A stretch of DNA of 64,000 nt from Eledone cirrhosa (lineage: Eukaryota), in NCBI GenBank assembly GCA_964016885.1, contig OZ024743.1, positions 212,226,001-212,290,000 of the forward strand. The letters run 5' to 3'. The position numbers and the translations under genes were made by a program. The notes beneath the pieces are model-generated. The model ran no database searches and was not told the DNA's origin. It saw only the letters and a list, made by a program, of their open reading frames with translations. The first letter of the stretch is position 1. Each line of letters opens with the position of its first letter. Below, piece by piece: positions 42,701 through 56,149 of the stretch.

Positions 42701-45700
42701 CGTCATTTTCGGATTCGTTTTCTTCGAAGCACACCATTCGCCGGCGGACTTCAGCTGCCTCATTTAGCATGAGCAGTTTTTCTTGAAGATCACACCACAC
42801 ACAGCCAATGAGTGTCTGCACATGTACCAGTAATTACAGATGGATCCCACCACGGGCGTCCGGCCCACAATCGAAAAGGTTACTCCGCCTGCAAATCGTC
42901 ATTTTCGGATTCGTTTTCTTCGAAGCACACCATTCGCCGGCGGACTTCAGCTGCCTCATTTAGCATGAGCAGTTTTTCTTGAAGATCACACCACACATAG
43001 CCAATGAGTGTCTGCACATGTACCAGTAATTAGAGATCGATCCGACCACGGGCGGCCGGCCCGCGATTGAAAAGGTAACTCCGCCGGCAAATCGTCATTT
43101 TTGTGATTCGTTTTCTTCGAAGCACACCATTCGCCGCCGGACTTCAGCTGCCTCATTTAGCATGGGCAGTTTTTTTTGAAAATCACACCACACACAACCA
43201 ATGTGTGTCTGCACATGTACCAGTAATTACAGATCGATCCCACCACGAGTTCAATGTAAACAAACTTACGCTCAACGACTTTGTTGACGTTTAACACGGT
43301 TTGGTTCCACAGCCACAACTATTGATTTTACGGAGATATCTTGCTGAAATTCACGCCACACATAGCCAATGAGAGTCTGCACATGTACCAGTAATTACAG
43401 ATCGATCCGACCAGGGGCGGCCGGCCCGCGATTGAAAAGGTAACTCCGCCGGCAAATCGTCATTTTTGGATTCGTTTTCTTCGAAGCACACCATTCGCCG
43501 GCGGACTTTGTTGACGTTTAACACGGTTTGGTTCCACAGCCACAACTATTGATTTTACGGAGATATCTTGCTGAAATTCACGCCACACATAGCCAATGAG
43601 TGTCTGCACATGTAGCAGTAATGACAGATCGATCCGACCACGGATGGCCGGCCCGCGATTGAAAAGGTAACTCCGCCGGCAAATCGTCATTTTTGGATTC
43701 GTTTTCTTCGAAGCACACCATTCGCCGGCGTACTTTGTTGACGTTTAACACGGTTTGGTTCCACAGCCACAACTATTGATTTTAAGGAGATATCTTGCTG
43801 AAGTTCACGCCACTCATAGCCAATGAGTGTCTGCACATGTACCAGTAATTACAGATGGATCCCACCACGGGCGGCCGGCCCACAATCGAAAAGGTTACTC
43901 CGCCTGCAAATCGTCATTTTCGGATTCGTTTTCTTCGAAGCACACCATTCGCCGGCGGACTTCAGCTGCCTCATTTAGCATGAGCAGTTTTTCTTGAAGA
44001 TCACACCACACACAGCCAATGAGTGTCTGCACATGTACCAGTAATTACAGATGGATCCCACCACGGGCGGCCGGCCCACAATCGAAAAGGTTACTCCGCA
44101 TGCAAATCGTCATTTTCGGATTCGTTTTCTTCGAAGCACACCATTCGCCGGCGGACTTCAGCTGCCTCATTTAGCATGGGCAGTTTTTCTTGAAGATCAC
44201 ACCACACACAGCCAATGAGTGTCTGCACATGTACCAGTAATTAGAGATCGATCCGACCACGGGCGGCCGGCCCACGATCGAGAAAAAGGTAACTCCGCCG
44301 GCAAATCGTCATTTTTGTGATCCGTTTTCTTCGAAGCACACCATTCGCCGCCGGACTTCAGCTGCCTCATTTAGCATGGGCAGTTTTTTTTGAAAATCAC
44401 ACCACACACAACCAATGTGTGTCTGCACATGTACCAGTAATTACAGATCGATCCGACCACGGGCGGCCGGCCCGCGATTGAAAAGGTAACTCCGCCGGCA
44501 AATCGTCATTTTTGTGATTCGTTTTCTTCGAAGCACACCATTCGCCGCCGGACTTCAGCTGCCTCATTTAGCATGGGCAGTTTTTTTTGAAAATCACACC
44601 ACACACAACCAATGTGTGTCTGCACATGTACCAGTAATTACAGATCGATCCCACCACGAGTTCAATGTAAACAAACTTACGCTCAACGACTTTGTTGACG
44701 TTTAACACGGTTTGGTTCCACAGCCACAACTATTGATTTTACGGAGATATCTTGCTGAAATTCACGCCACACATAGCCAATGAGAGTCTGCACATGTACC
44801 AGTAATTACAGATCGATCCGACCAGGGGCGGCCGGCCCGCGATTGAAAAGGTAACTCCGCCGGCAAATCGTCATTTTTGGATTCGTTTTCTTCGAAGCAC
44901 ACCATTCGCCGGCGGACTTTGTTGACGTTTAACACGGTTTGGTTCCACAGCCACAACTATTGATTTTACGGAGATATCTTGCTGAAATTCACGCCACACA
45001 TAGCCAATGAGTGTCTGCACATGTAGCAGTAATGACAGATCGATCCGACCACGGATGGCCGGCCCGCGATTGAAAAGGTAACTCCGCCGGCAAATCGTCA
45101 TTTTTGGATTCGTTTTCTTCGAAGCACACCATTCGCCGGCGTACTTTGTTGACGTTTAACACGGTTTGGTTCCACAGCCACAACTATTGATTTTAAGGAG
45201 ATATCTTGCTGAAGTTCACGCCACTCATAGCCAATGAGTGTCTGCACATGTACCAGTAATTACAGATGGATCCCACCACGGGCGGCCGGCCCACAATCGA
45301 AAAGGTTACTCCGCCTGCAAATCGTCATTTTCGGATTCGTTTTCTTCGAAGCACACCATTCGCCGGCGGACTTCAGCTGCCTCATTTAGCATGAGCAGTT
45401 TTTCTTGAAGATCACACCACACACAGCCAATGAGTGTCTGCACATGTACCAGTAATTACAGATGGATCCCACCACGGGCGGCCGGCCCACAATCGAAAAG
45501 GTTACTCCGCATGCAAATCGTCATTTTCGGATTCGTTTTCTTCGAAGCACACCATTCGCCGGCGGACTTCAGCTGCCTCATTTAGCATGGGCAGTTTTTC
45601 TTGAAGATCACACCACACACAGCCAATGAGTGTCTGCACATGTACCAGTAATTAGAGATCGATCCGACCACGGGCGGCCGGCCCACGATCGAGAAAAAGG

Positions 45701-48700
45701 TAACTCCGCCGGCAAATCGTCATTTTTGTGATCCGTTTTCTTCGAAGCACACCATTCGCCGCCGGACTTCAGCTGCCTCATTTAGCATGGGCAGTTTTTT
45801 TTGAAAATCACACCACACACAACCAATGTGTGTCTGCACATGTACCAGTAATTACAGATCGATCCGACCACGGGCGGCCGGCCCGCGATTGAAAAGGTAA
45901 CTCCGCCGGCAAATCGTCATTTTTGTGATTCGTTTTCTTCGAAGCACACCATTCGCCGCCGGACTTCAGCTGCCTCATTTAGCATGGGCAGTTTTTTTTG
46001 AAAATCACACCACACACAACCATTGTGTGTCTGCACATGTACCAGTAATTACAGATGGATCCCACCACGGGCGGCCGGCCCACAATCGAAAAGGTTACTC
46101 CGCCTGCAAATCGTCATTTTCGGATTCGTTTTCTTCGAAGCACACCATTCGCCGGCGGACTTCAGCTGCCTCATTTAGCATGGGCAGTTTTTCTTGAAGA
46201 TCACACCACACACAGCCAATGAGTGTCTGCACATGTACCACTAACTACAGATGGATCCCACCACGGGCGGCCGGCCCACAATCGAAAAGGTTACTCCGCC
46301 TGCAAATCGTCATTTTCGGATTCGTTTTCTTCGAAGCACACCATTCGCCGGCGGACTTCAGCTGCCTCATTTAGCATGAGCAGTTTTTCTTGAAGATCAC
46401 ACCACACACAGCCAATGAGTGTCTGCAAATGTACCAGTAATTACAGATGGATCCCACCACGGGCGGCCGGCCCACAATCGAAAAGGTTACTCCGTCTGCA
46501 AATCGTCATTTTCGGATTCGTTTTCTTCGAAGCACACCATTCGCCGGCGGACTTCAGCTGCCTCATTTAGCATGAGCAGTTTTTCTTGAAGATCACACCA
46601 CACACAGCCAATGAGTGTCTGCACATGTACCAGTAATTACAGATGGATCCCACCACGGGCGGCCGGCCCACAATCGAAAAGGTTACTCCGCCTGCAAATC
46701 GTCATTTTCGGATTCGTTTTCTTCGAAGCACACCATTCGCCGGCGGACTTCAGCTGCCTCATTTAGCATGAGCAGTTTTTCTTGAAGATCACACCACACA
46801 CAGCCAATGAGTGTCTGCACATGTACCAGTAATTAGAGATCGATCCGACCACGGGCGGCCGGCCCACGATCGAGAAAAAGGTAACTCCGCCGGCAAATCG
46901 TCATTTTTGTGATCCGTTTTCTTCGAAGCACACCATTCGCCGCCGGACTTCAGCTGCCTCATTTAGCATGGGCAGTTTTTTTTGAAAATCACACCACACA
47001 CAACCAATGTGTGTCTGCACATGTACCAGTAATTACAGATCGATCCGACCACGGGCGGCCGGCCCGCGATTGAAAAGGTAACTCCGCCGGCAAATCGTCA
47101 TTTTTGCGATTCGTTTTCTTCGAAGCACACCATTCGCCGCCGGACTTCAGCTGCCTCATTTAGCATGGGCAGTTCTTTTTGAAAATCACACCACACACAA
47201 CCAATGTGTGTCTGCACATGTACCAGTAATTACAGATCGATCCCACCACGAGTTCAATGTAAACAAACTTACGCTCAACGACTTTGTTGACGTTTAACAC
47301 GGTTTGGTTCCACAGCCACAACTATTGATGTTACGGAGATATCTTGCTGAAATTCACGCCACACATAGCCAATGAGTGTCTGCACATGTACCAGTAATTA
47401 CAGATCGATCCGACCACGGACGGCCGGCCCGCGATTGAAAAGGTAACTCCGCCGGCAAATCGTCATTTTTGGATTCGTTTTCTTCGAAGCACACCATTCG
47501 CCGGCGGACTTTGTTGACGTTTAACACGGTTTGGTTCCACAGCCACAACTATTGATTTTAAGGAGATATCTTGCTGAAATTCACGCCACACATAGCCAAT
47601 GAGTGTCTGCACATGTACCATTAATTACAGATGGATCCCACCACGAGCGGCCGGCCCACAATCGAAACGGTTACTCCGCCTGCAAATCGTCATTTTCGGA
47701 TTCGTTTTCTTCGAAGCACACCATTCGCCGGCGGACTTCAGCTGCCTCATTTAGCATGAGCAGTTTTTCTTGAAGATCACACCACACACAGCCAATGAGT
47801 GTCTGCACATGTACCAGTAATTACAGATGGATCCCACCACGGGCGGCCGGCCCACAATCGAAAAGGTTACTCCGCCTGCAAATCGTCATTTTCGGATTCG
47901 TTTTCTTCGAAGCACACCATTCGCCGGCGGACTTCAGCTGCCTCATTTAGCATGAGCAGTTTTTCTTGAAGATCACACCACAGACAGCCAATGAGTGTCT
48001 GCACATGTACCAGTAATTACAGATGGATCCCACCACGGGCGGCCGGCCCACAATCGAAAAGGTTACTCCGCATGCAAATCGTCATTTTCGGATTCGTTTT
48101 CTTCGAAGCACACCATTCGCCGGCGGACTTCAGCTGCCTCATTTAGCATGGGCAGTTTTTCTTGAAGATCACACCACACACAGCCAATGAGTGTCTGCAC
48201 ATGTACCAGTAATTAAAGATCGATCCGACCACGGGCGGCCGGCCCACGATCGAGAAAAAGGTAACTCCGCCGGCAAATCGTCATTTTTGTGATTCGTTTT
48301 CTTCGAAGCACACCATTCGCCGCCGGACTTCAGCTGCCTCATTTAGCATGGGCAGTTTTTTTTGAAAATCACACCACACACAACCAATGTGTGTCTGCAC
48401 ATGTACCAGTAATTACAGATCGATCCCACCACGGGCGGCCGGCCCGCGATTGAAAAGGTAACTCCGCCGGCAAATCGTCATTTTTGTGATTCGTTTTCTT
48501 CGAAGCACACCATTCGCCGCCGGACTTCAGCTGCCTCATTTAGCATGGGCAGTTTTTTTTGAAAATCACACCACACACAACCAATGTGTGTCTGCACATG
48601 TACCAGTAATTACAGATCGATCCCACCACGAGTTCAATGTAAACAAACTTACGCTCAACGACTTTGTTGACGTTTAACACGGTTTGGTTCCACAGCCACA

Positions 48701-51700
48701 ACTATTGATTTTACGAAGATATCTTGCTGAAATTCACGCCACACATAGCCAATGAGAGTCTGCACATGTACCAGTAATTACAGATCGATCCGACCAGGGG
48801 CGGCCGGCCCGCGATTGAAAAGGTAACTCCGCCGGCAAATCGTCATTTTTGGATTCGTTTTCTTCGAAGCACACCATTCGCCGGCGGACTTTGTTGACGT
48901 TTAACACGGTTTGGTTCCACAGCCACAACTATTGATTTTACGGAGATATCTTGCTGAAATTCACGCCACACATAGCCAATGAGTGTCTGCACATGTAGCA
49001 GTAATGACAGATCGATCCGACCACGGATGGCCGGCCCGCGATTGAAAAGGTAACTCCGCCGGCAAATCGTCATTTTTGGATTCGTTTTCTTCGAAGCACA
49101 CCATTCGCCGGCGTACTTTGTTGACGTTTAACACGGTTTGGTTCCACAGCCACAACTATTGATTTTAAGGAGATATCTTGCTGAAGTTCACGCCACTCAT
49201 AGCCAATGAGTGTCTGCACATGTACCAGTAATTACAGATGGATCCCACCACGGGCGGCCGGCCCACAATCGAAAAGGTTACTCCGCCTGCAAATCGTCAT
49301 TTTCGGATTCGTTTTCTTCGAAGCACACCATTCGCCGGCGGACTTCAGCTGCCTCATTTAGCATGAGCAGTTTTTCTTGAAGATCACACCACACACAGCC
49401 AATGAGTGTCTGCACATGTACCAGTAATTACAGATGGATCCCACCACGGGCGGCCGGCCCACAATCGAAAAGGTTACTCCGCATGCAAATCGTCATTTTC
49501 GGATTCGTTTTCTTCGAAGCACACCATTCGCCGGCGGACTTCAGCTGCCTCATTTAGCATGGGCAGTTTTTCTTGAAGATCACACCACACACAGCCAATG
49601 AGTGTCTGCACATGTACCAGTAATTAGAGATCGATCCGACCACGGGCGGCCGGCCCACGATCGAGAAAAAGGTAACTCCGCCGGCAAATCGTCATTTTTG
49701 TGATCCGTTTTCTTCGAAGCACACCATTCGCCGCCGGACTTCAGCTGCCTCATTTAGCATGGGCAGTTTTTTTTGAAAATCACACCACACACAACCAATG
49801 TGTGTCTGCACATGTACCAGTAATTACAGATCGATCCGACCACGGGCGGCCGGCCCGCGATTGAAAAGGTAACTCCGCCGGCAAATCGTCATTTTTGTGA
49901 TTCGTTTTCTTCGAAGCACACCATTCGCCGCCGGACTTCAGCTGCCTCATTTAGCATGGGCAGTTTTTTTTGAAAATCACACCACACACAACCAATGTGT
50001 GTCTGCACATGTACCAGTAATTACAGATCGATCCCACCACGAGTTCAATGTAAACAAACTTACGCTCAACGACTTTGTTGACGTTTAACACGGTTTGGTT
50101 CCACAGCCACAACTATTGATTTTACGGAGATATCTTGCTGAAATTCACGCCACACATAGCCAATGAGTGTCTGCACATGTAGCAGTAATGACAGATCGAT
50201 CCGACCACGGGCGGCCGGCCCACAATCGAAAAGGTTACTCCGCATGCAAATCGTCATTTTCGGATTCGTTTTCTTCGAAGCACACCATTCGCCGGCGGAC
50301 TTCAGCTGCCTCATTTAGCATGGGCAGTTTTTCTTGAAGATCACACCACACACAGCCAATGAGTGTCTGCACATGTACCAGTAATTAGAGATCGATCCGA
50401 CCACGGGCGGCCGGCCCACGATCGAGAAAAAGGTAACTCCGCCGGCAAATCGTCATTTTTGTGATTCGTTTTCTTCGAAGCACACCATTCGCCGCCGGAC
50501 TTCAGCTGCCTCATTTAGCATGGGCAGTTTTTTTTGAAAATCACACCACACACAACCAATGTGTGTCTGCACATGTACCAGTAATTACAGATCGATCCGA
50601 CCACGGGCGGCCGGCCCGCGATTGAAAAGGTAACTCCGCCGGCAAATCGTCATTTTTGTGATTCGTTTTCTTCGAAGCACACCATTCGCCGCCGGACTTC
50701 AGCTGCCTCATTTAGCATGGGCAGTTTTTTTTGAAAATCACACCACACACAACCAATGTGTGTCTGCACATGTACCAGTAATTACAGATCGATCCCACCA
50801 CGAGTTCAATGTAAACAAACTTACGCTCAACGACTTTGTTGACGTTTAACACGGTTTGGTTCCACAGCCACAACTATTGATTTTACGAAGATATCTTGCT
50901 GAAATTCACGCCACACATAGCCAATGAGAGTCTGCACATGTACCAGTAATTACAGATCGATCCGACCAGGGGCGGCCGGCCCGCGATTGAAAAGGTAACT
51001 CCGCCGGCAAATCGTCATTTTTGGATTCGTTTTCTTCGAAGCACACCATTCGCCGGCGGACTTTGTTGACGTTTAACACGGTTTGGTTCCACAGCCACAA
51101 CTATTGATTTTACGGAGATATCTTGCTGAAATTCACGCCACACATAGCCAATGAGTGTCTGCACATGTAGCAGTAATGACAGATCGATCCGACCACGGAT
51201 GGCCGGCCCGCGATTGAAAAGGTAACTCCGCCGGCAAATCGTCATTTTTGGATTCGTTTTCTTCGAAGCACACCATTCGCCGGCGTACTTTGTTGACGTT
51301 TAACACGGTTTGGTTCCACAGCCACAACTATTGATTTTAAGGAGATATCTTGCTGAAGTTCACGCCACTCATAGCCAATGAGTGTCTGCACATGTACCAG
51401 TAATTACAGATGGATCCCACCACGGGCGGCCGGCCCACAATCGAAAAGGTTACTCCGCCTGCAAATCGTCATTTTCGGATTCGTTTTCTTCGAAGCACAC
51501 CATTCGCCGGCGGACTTCAGCTGCCTCATTTAGCATGAGCAGTTTTTCTTGAAGATCACACCACACACAGCCAATGAGTGTCTGCACATGTACCAGTAAT
51601 TACAGATGGATCCCACCACGGGCGGCCGGCCCACAATCGAAAAGGTTACTCCGCATGCAAATCGTCATTTTCGGATTCGTTTTCTTCGAAGCACACCATT

Positions 51701-54700
51701 CGCCGGCGGACTTCAGCTGCCTCATTTAGCATGGGCAGTTTTTCTTGAAGATCACACCACACACAGCCAATGAGTGTCTGCACATGTACCAGTAATTAGA
51801 GATCGATCCGACCACGGGCGGCCGGCCCACGATCGAGAAAAAGGTAACTCCGCCGGCAAATCGTCATTTTTGTGATCCGTTTTCTTCGAAGCACACCATT
51901 CGCCGCCGGACTTCAGCTGCCTCATTTAGCATGGGCAGTTTTTTTTGAAAATCACACCACACACAACCAATGTGTGTCTGCACATGTACCAGTAATTACA
52001 GATCGATCCGACCACGGGCGGCCGGCCCGCGATTGAAAAGGTAACTCCGCCGGCAAATCGTCATTTTTGTGATTCGTTTTCTTCGAAGCACACCATTCGC
52101 CGCCGGACTTCAGCTGCCTCATTTAGCATGGGCAGTTTTTTTTGAAAATCACACCACACACAACCAATGTGTGTCTGCACATGTACCAGTAATTACAGAT
52201 CGATCCCACCACGAGTTCAATGTAAACAAACTTACGCTCAACGACTTTGTTGACGTTTAACACGGTTTGGTTCCACAGCCACAACTATTGATTTTACGGA
52301 GATATCTTGCTGAAATTCACGCCACACATAGCCAATGAGTGTCTGCACATGTAGCAGTAATGACAGATCGATCCGACCACGGATGGCCGGCCCGCGATTG
52401 AAAAGGTAACTCCGCCGGCAAATCGTCATTTTTGGATTCGTTTTCTTCGAAGCACACCATTCGCCGGCGTACTTTGTTGACGTTTAACACGGTTTGGTTC
52501 CACAGCCACAACTATTGATTTTAAGGAGATATCTTGCTGAAGTTCACGCCACTCATAGCCAATGAGTGTCTGCACATGTACCAGTAATTACAGATGGATC
52601 CCACCACGGGCGGCCGGCCCACAATCGAAAAGGTTACTCCGCCTGCAAATCGTCATTTTCGGATTCGTTTTCTTCGAAGCACACCATTCGCCGGCGGACT
52701 TCAGCTGCCTCATTTAGCATGAGCAGTTTTTCTTGAAGATCACACCACACACAGCCAATGAGTGTCTGCACATGTACCAGTAATTACAGATGGATCCCAC
52801 CACGGGCGGCCGGCCCACAATCGAAAAGGTTACTCCGCATGCAAATCGTCATTTTCGGATTCGTTTTCTTCGAAGCACACCATTCGCCGGCGGACTTCAG
52901 CTGCCTCATTTAGCATGGGCAGTTTTTCTTGAAGATCACACCACACACAGCCAATGAGTGTCTGCACATGTACCAGTAATTAGAGATCGATCCGACCACG
53001 GGCGGCCGGCCCACGATCGAGAAAAAGGTAACTCCGCCGGCAAATCGTCATTTTTGTGATCCGTTTTCTTCGAAGCACACCATTCGCCGCCGGACTTCAG
53101 CTGCCTCATTTAGCATGGGCAGTTTTTTTTGAAAATCACACCACACACAACCAATGTGTGTCTGCACATGTACCAGTAATTACAGATCGATCCGACCACG
53201 GGCGGCCGGCCCGCGATTGAAAAGGTAACTCCGCCGGCAAATCGTCATTTTTGTGATTCGTTTTCTTCGAAGCACACCATTCGCCGCCGGACTTCAGCTG
53301 CCTCATTTAGCATGGGCAGTTTTTTTTGAAAATCACACCACACACAACCAATGTGTGTCTGCACATGTACCAGTAATTACAGATCGATCCCACCACGAGT
53401 TCAATGTAAACAAACTTACGCTCAACGACTTTGTTGACGTTTAACACGGTTTGGTTCCACAGCCACAACTATTGATTTTACGGAGATATCTTGCTGAAAT
53501 TCACGCCACACATAGCCAATGAGAGTCTGCACATGTACCAGTAATTACAGATCGATCCGACCAGGGGCGGCCGGCCCGCGATTGAAAAGGTAACTCCGCC
53601 GGCAAATCGTCATTTTTGGATTCGTTTTCTTCGAAGCACACCATTCGCCGGCGGACTTTGTTGACGTTTAACACGGTTTGGTTCCACAGCCACAACTATT
53701 GATTTTACGGAGATATCTTGCTGAAATTCACGCCACACATAGCCAATGAGTGTCTGCACATGTAGCAGTAATGACAGATCGATCCGACCACGGATGGCCG
53801 GCCCGCGATTGAAAAGGTAACTCCGCCGGCAAATCGTCATTTTTGGATTCGTTTTCTTCGAAGCACACCATTCGCCGGCGTACTTTGTTGACGTTTAACA
53901 CGGTTTGGTTCCACAGCCACAACTATTGATTTTAAGGAGATATCTTGCTGAAGTTCACGCCACTCATAGCCAATGAGTGTCTGCACATGTACCAGTAATT
54001 ACAGATGGATCCCACCACGGGCGGCCGGCCCACAATCGAAAAGGTTACTCCGCCTGCAAATCGTCATTTTCGGATTCGTTTTCTTCGAAGCACACCATTC
54101 GCCGGCGGACTTCAGCTGCCTCATTTAGCATGAGCAGTTTTTCTTGAAGATCACACCACACACAGCCAATGAGTGTCTGCACATGTACCAGTAATTACAG
54201 ATGGATCCCACCACGGGCGGCCGGCCCACAATCGAAAAGGTTACTCCGCATGCAAATCGTCATTTTCGGATTCGTTTTCTTCGAAGCACACCATTCGCCG
54301 GCGGACTTCAGCTGCCTCATTTAGCATGGGCAGTTTTTCTTGAAGATCACACCACACACAGCCAATGAGTGTCTGCACATGTACCAGTAATTAGAGATCG
54401 ATCCGACCACGGGCGGCCGGCCCACGATCGAGAAAAAGGTAACTCCGCCGGCAAATCGTCATTTTTGTGATCCGTTTTCTTCGAAGCACACCATTCGCCG
54501 CCGGACTTCAGCTGCCTCATTTAGCATGGGCAGTTTTTTTTGAAAATCACACCACACACAACCAATGTGTGTCTGCACATGTACCAGTAATTACAGATCG
54601 ATCCGACCACGGGCGGCCGGCCCGCGATTGAAAAGGTAACTCCGCCGGCAAATCGTCATTTTTGTGATTCGTTTTCTTCGAAGCACACCATTCGCCGCCG

Positions 54701-56149
54701 GACTTCAGCTGCCTCATTTAGCATGGGCAGTTTTTTTTGAAAATCACACCACACACAACCAATGTGTGTCTGCACATGTACCAGTAATTACAGATCGATC
54801 CCACCACGAGTTCAATGTAAACAAACTTACGCTCAACGACTTTGTTGACGTTTAACACGGTTTGGTTCCACAGCCACAACTATTGATTTTACGGAGATAT
54901 CTTGCTGAAATTCACGCCACACATAGCCAATGAGAGTCTGCACATGTACCAGTAATTACAGATCGATCCGACCAGGGGCGGCCGGCCCGCGATTGAAAAG
55001 GTAACTCCGCCGGCAAATCGTCATTTTTGGATTCGTTTTCTTCGAAGCACACCATTCGCCGGCGGACTTTGTTGACGTTTAACACGGTTTGGTTCCACAG
55101 CCACAACTATTGATTTTACGGAGATATCTTGCTGAAATTCACGCCACACATAGCCAATGAGTGTCTGCACATGTAGCAGTAATGACAGATCGATCCGACC
55201 ACGGATGGCCGGCCCGCGATTGAAAAGGTAACTCCGCCGGCAAATCGTCATTTTTGGATTCGTTTTCTTCGAAGCACACCATTCGCCGGCGTACTTTGTT
55301 GACGTTTAACACGGTTTGGTTCCACAGCCACAACTATTGATTTTAAGGAGATATCTTGCTGAAGTTCACGCCACTCATAGCCAATGAGTGTCTGCACATG
55401 TACCAGTAATTACAGATGGATCCCACCACGGGCGGCCGGCCCACAATCGAAAAGGTTACTCCGCCTGCAAATCGTCATTTTCGGATTCGTTTTCTTCGAA
55501 GCACACCATTCGCCGGCGGACTTCAGCTGCCTCATTTAGCATGAGCAGTTTTTCTTGAAGATCACACCACACACAGCCAATGAGTGTCTGCACATGTACC
55601 AGTAATTACAGATGGATCCCACCACGGGCGGCCGGCCCACAATCGAAAAGGTTACTCCGCCTGCAAATCGTCATTTTCGGATTCGTTTTCTTCGAAGCAC
55701 ACCATTCGCCGGCGGACTTCAGCTGCCTCATTTAGCATGGGCAGTTTTTTTTGAAGATCACACCACACACACCCAATGAGTGTCTGCACATGTACCAGTA
55801 ATTAGAGATCGATCCGACCACGGGCGGCCGGCCCACGATCGAGAAAAAGGTAACTCCGCCGGCAAATCGTCATTTTTGTGATCCGTTTTCTTCGAAGCAC
55901 ACCATTCGCCGCCGGACTTCAGCTGCCTCATTTAGCATGGGCAGTTTTTTTTGAAAATCACACCACACACAACCAATGTGTGTCTGCACATGTACCAGTA
56001 ATTACAGATCGATCCGACCACGGGCGGCCGGCCCGCGATTGAAAAGGTAACTCCGCCGGCAAATCGTCATTTTTGTGATTCGTTTTCTTCGAAGCACACC
56101 ATTCGCCGCCGGACTTCAGCTGCCTCATTTAGCATGGGCAGTTTTTTTT
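39767..56149. repeat. Zone dominated by a 1411-bp 7-mer HOR (D-E-E-A-A-B-C)
   Basis: 1411-bp spacings: 39692-41103-42514, 43103-44514-45925, 48486-49897, 50658-52069 and 53253-54664-56075 (1184+227=1411). E1 is marked by GAGAGTCT/ACCAGGGG and E2 by GTAGCAGTAATGAC/GGCGTACT. Confidence 0.95.
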
